A stretch of DNA of 64,000 nucleotides from Spizellomyces punctatus DAOM BR117 (lineage: Eukaryota): NCBI GenBank assembly GCA_000182565.2, contig KQ257452.1; one strand, 5' to 3'. Positions within the stretch are counted from its first letter, which is position 1; each line of letters opens with the position of its first letter. The translations under genes were made by a program, and so were the position numbers. Of this stretch, positions 63,911-64,000 are shown piece by piece. The notes under the pieces were generated by a model that saw nothing but the letters and a program-made list of their open reading frames with translations, had not been told where the DNA came from and ran no database searches.

Positions 63911-64000
63911 ATGGACACAATGAACGCAGCAATGTCAGGTGCGGCTCAGTCCGTTGCAGACGCAGCACAAACCGTCCACGCATCTACTCCAACGAGCGGA
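63911..64000 (+). CDS. Start of an unknown protein, truncated by the window end
   Basis: Open frame MDTMNAAMSGAAQSVADAAQTVHASTPTSG runs to the end of the window, after a pyrimidine-rich upstream region. Confidence 0.45.
   Translation, partial: MDTMNAAMSGAAQSVADAAQTVHASTPTSG

Overview
Gene-dense, intron-rich eukaryotic DNA (short GT-AG introns, at least two GC-AG) with about 29 protein-coding genes. I saw no RNA genes, transposons or CRISPR arrays. Fungal hallmarks (fungal TF middle-homology domain, copper-fist TF, PHP-type His2) occur together with flagellar or animal-like genes lost in yeasts (KAP3, SAS6-like, CYRI/FAM49, TBC1D7, KICS2, PCGF). This points to a zoosporic fungus, most likely a chytrid (inference). 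Three regions stand out. (1) A ~10.5 kb block at 6950-17420: PCGF RING-RAWUL <- -> slicer-intact Argonaute -> <- catalytically degenerate Trf4/Cid14-type nucleotidyltransferase with an RS tail, head-to-head with a DPR-motif orphan, followed by an intronless PD-(D/E)XK nuclease. (2) A protein with two tandem SAS6L-type head domains, head-to-head with KAP3. (3) An atypical Rho (G12E/Q61A-like, no CAAX) with a long basic tail. All gene models and family calls were made by eye from recalled motifs; no searches were run, and several 5' ends are uncertain.
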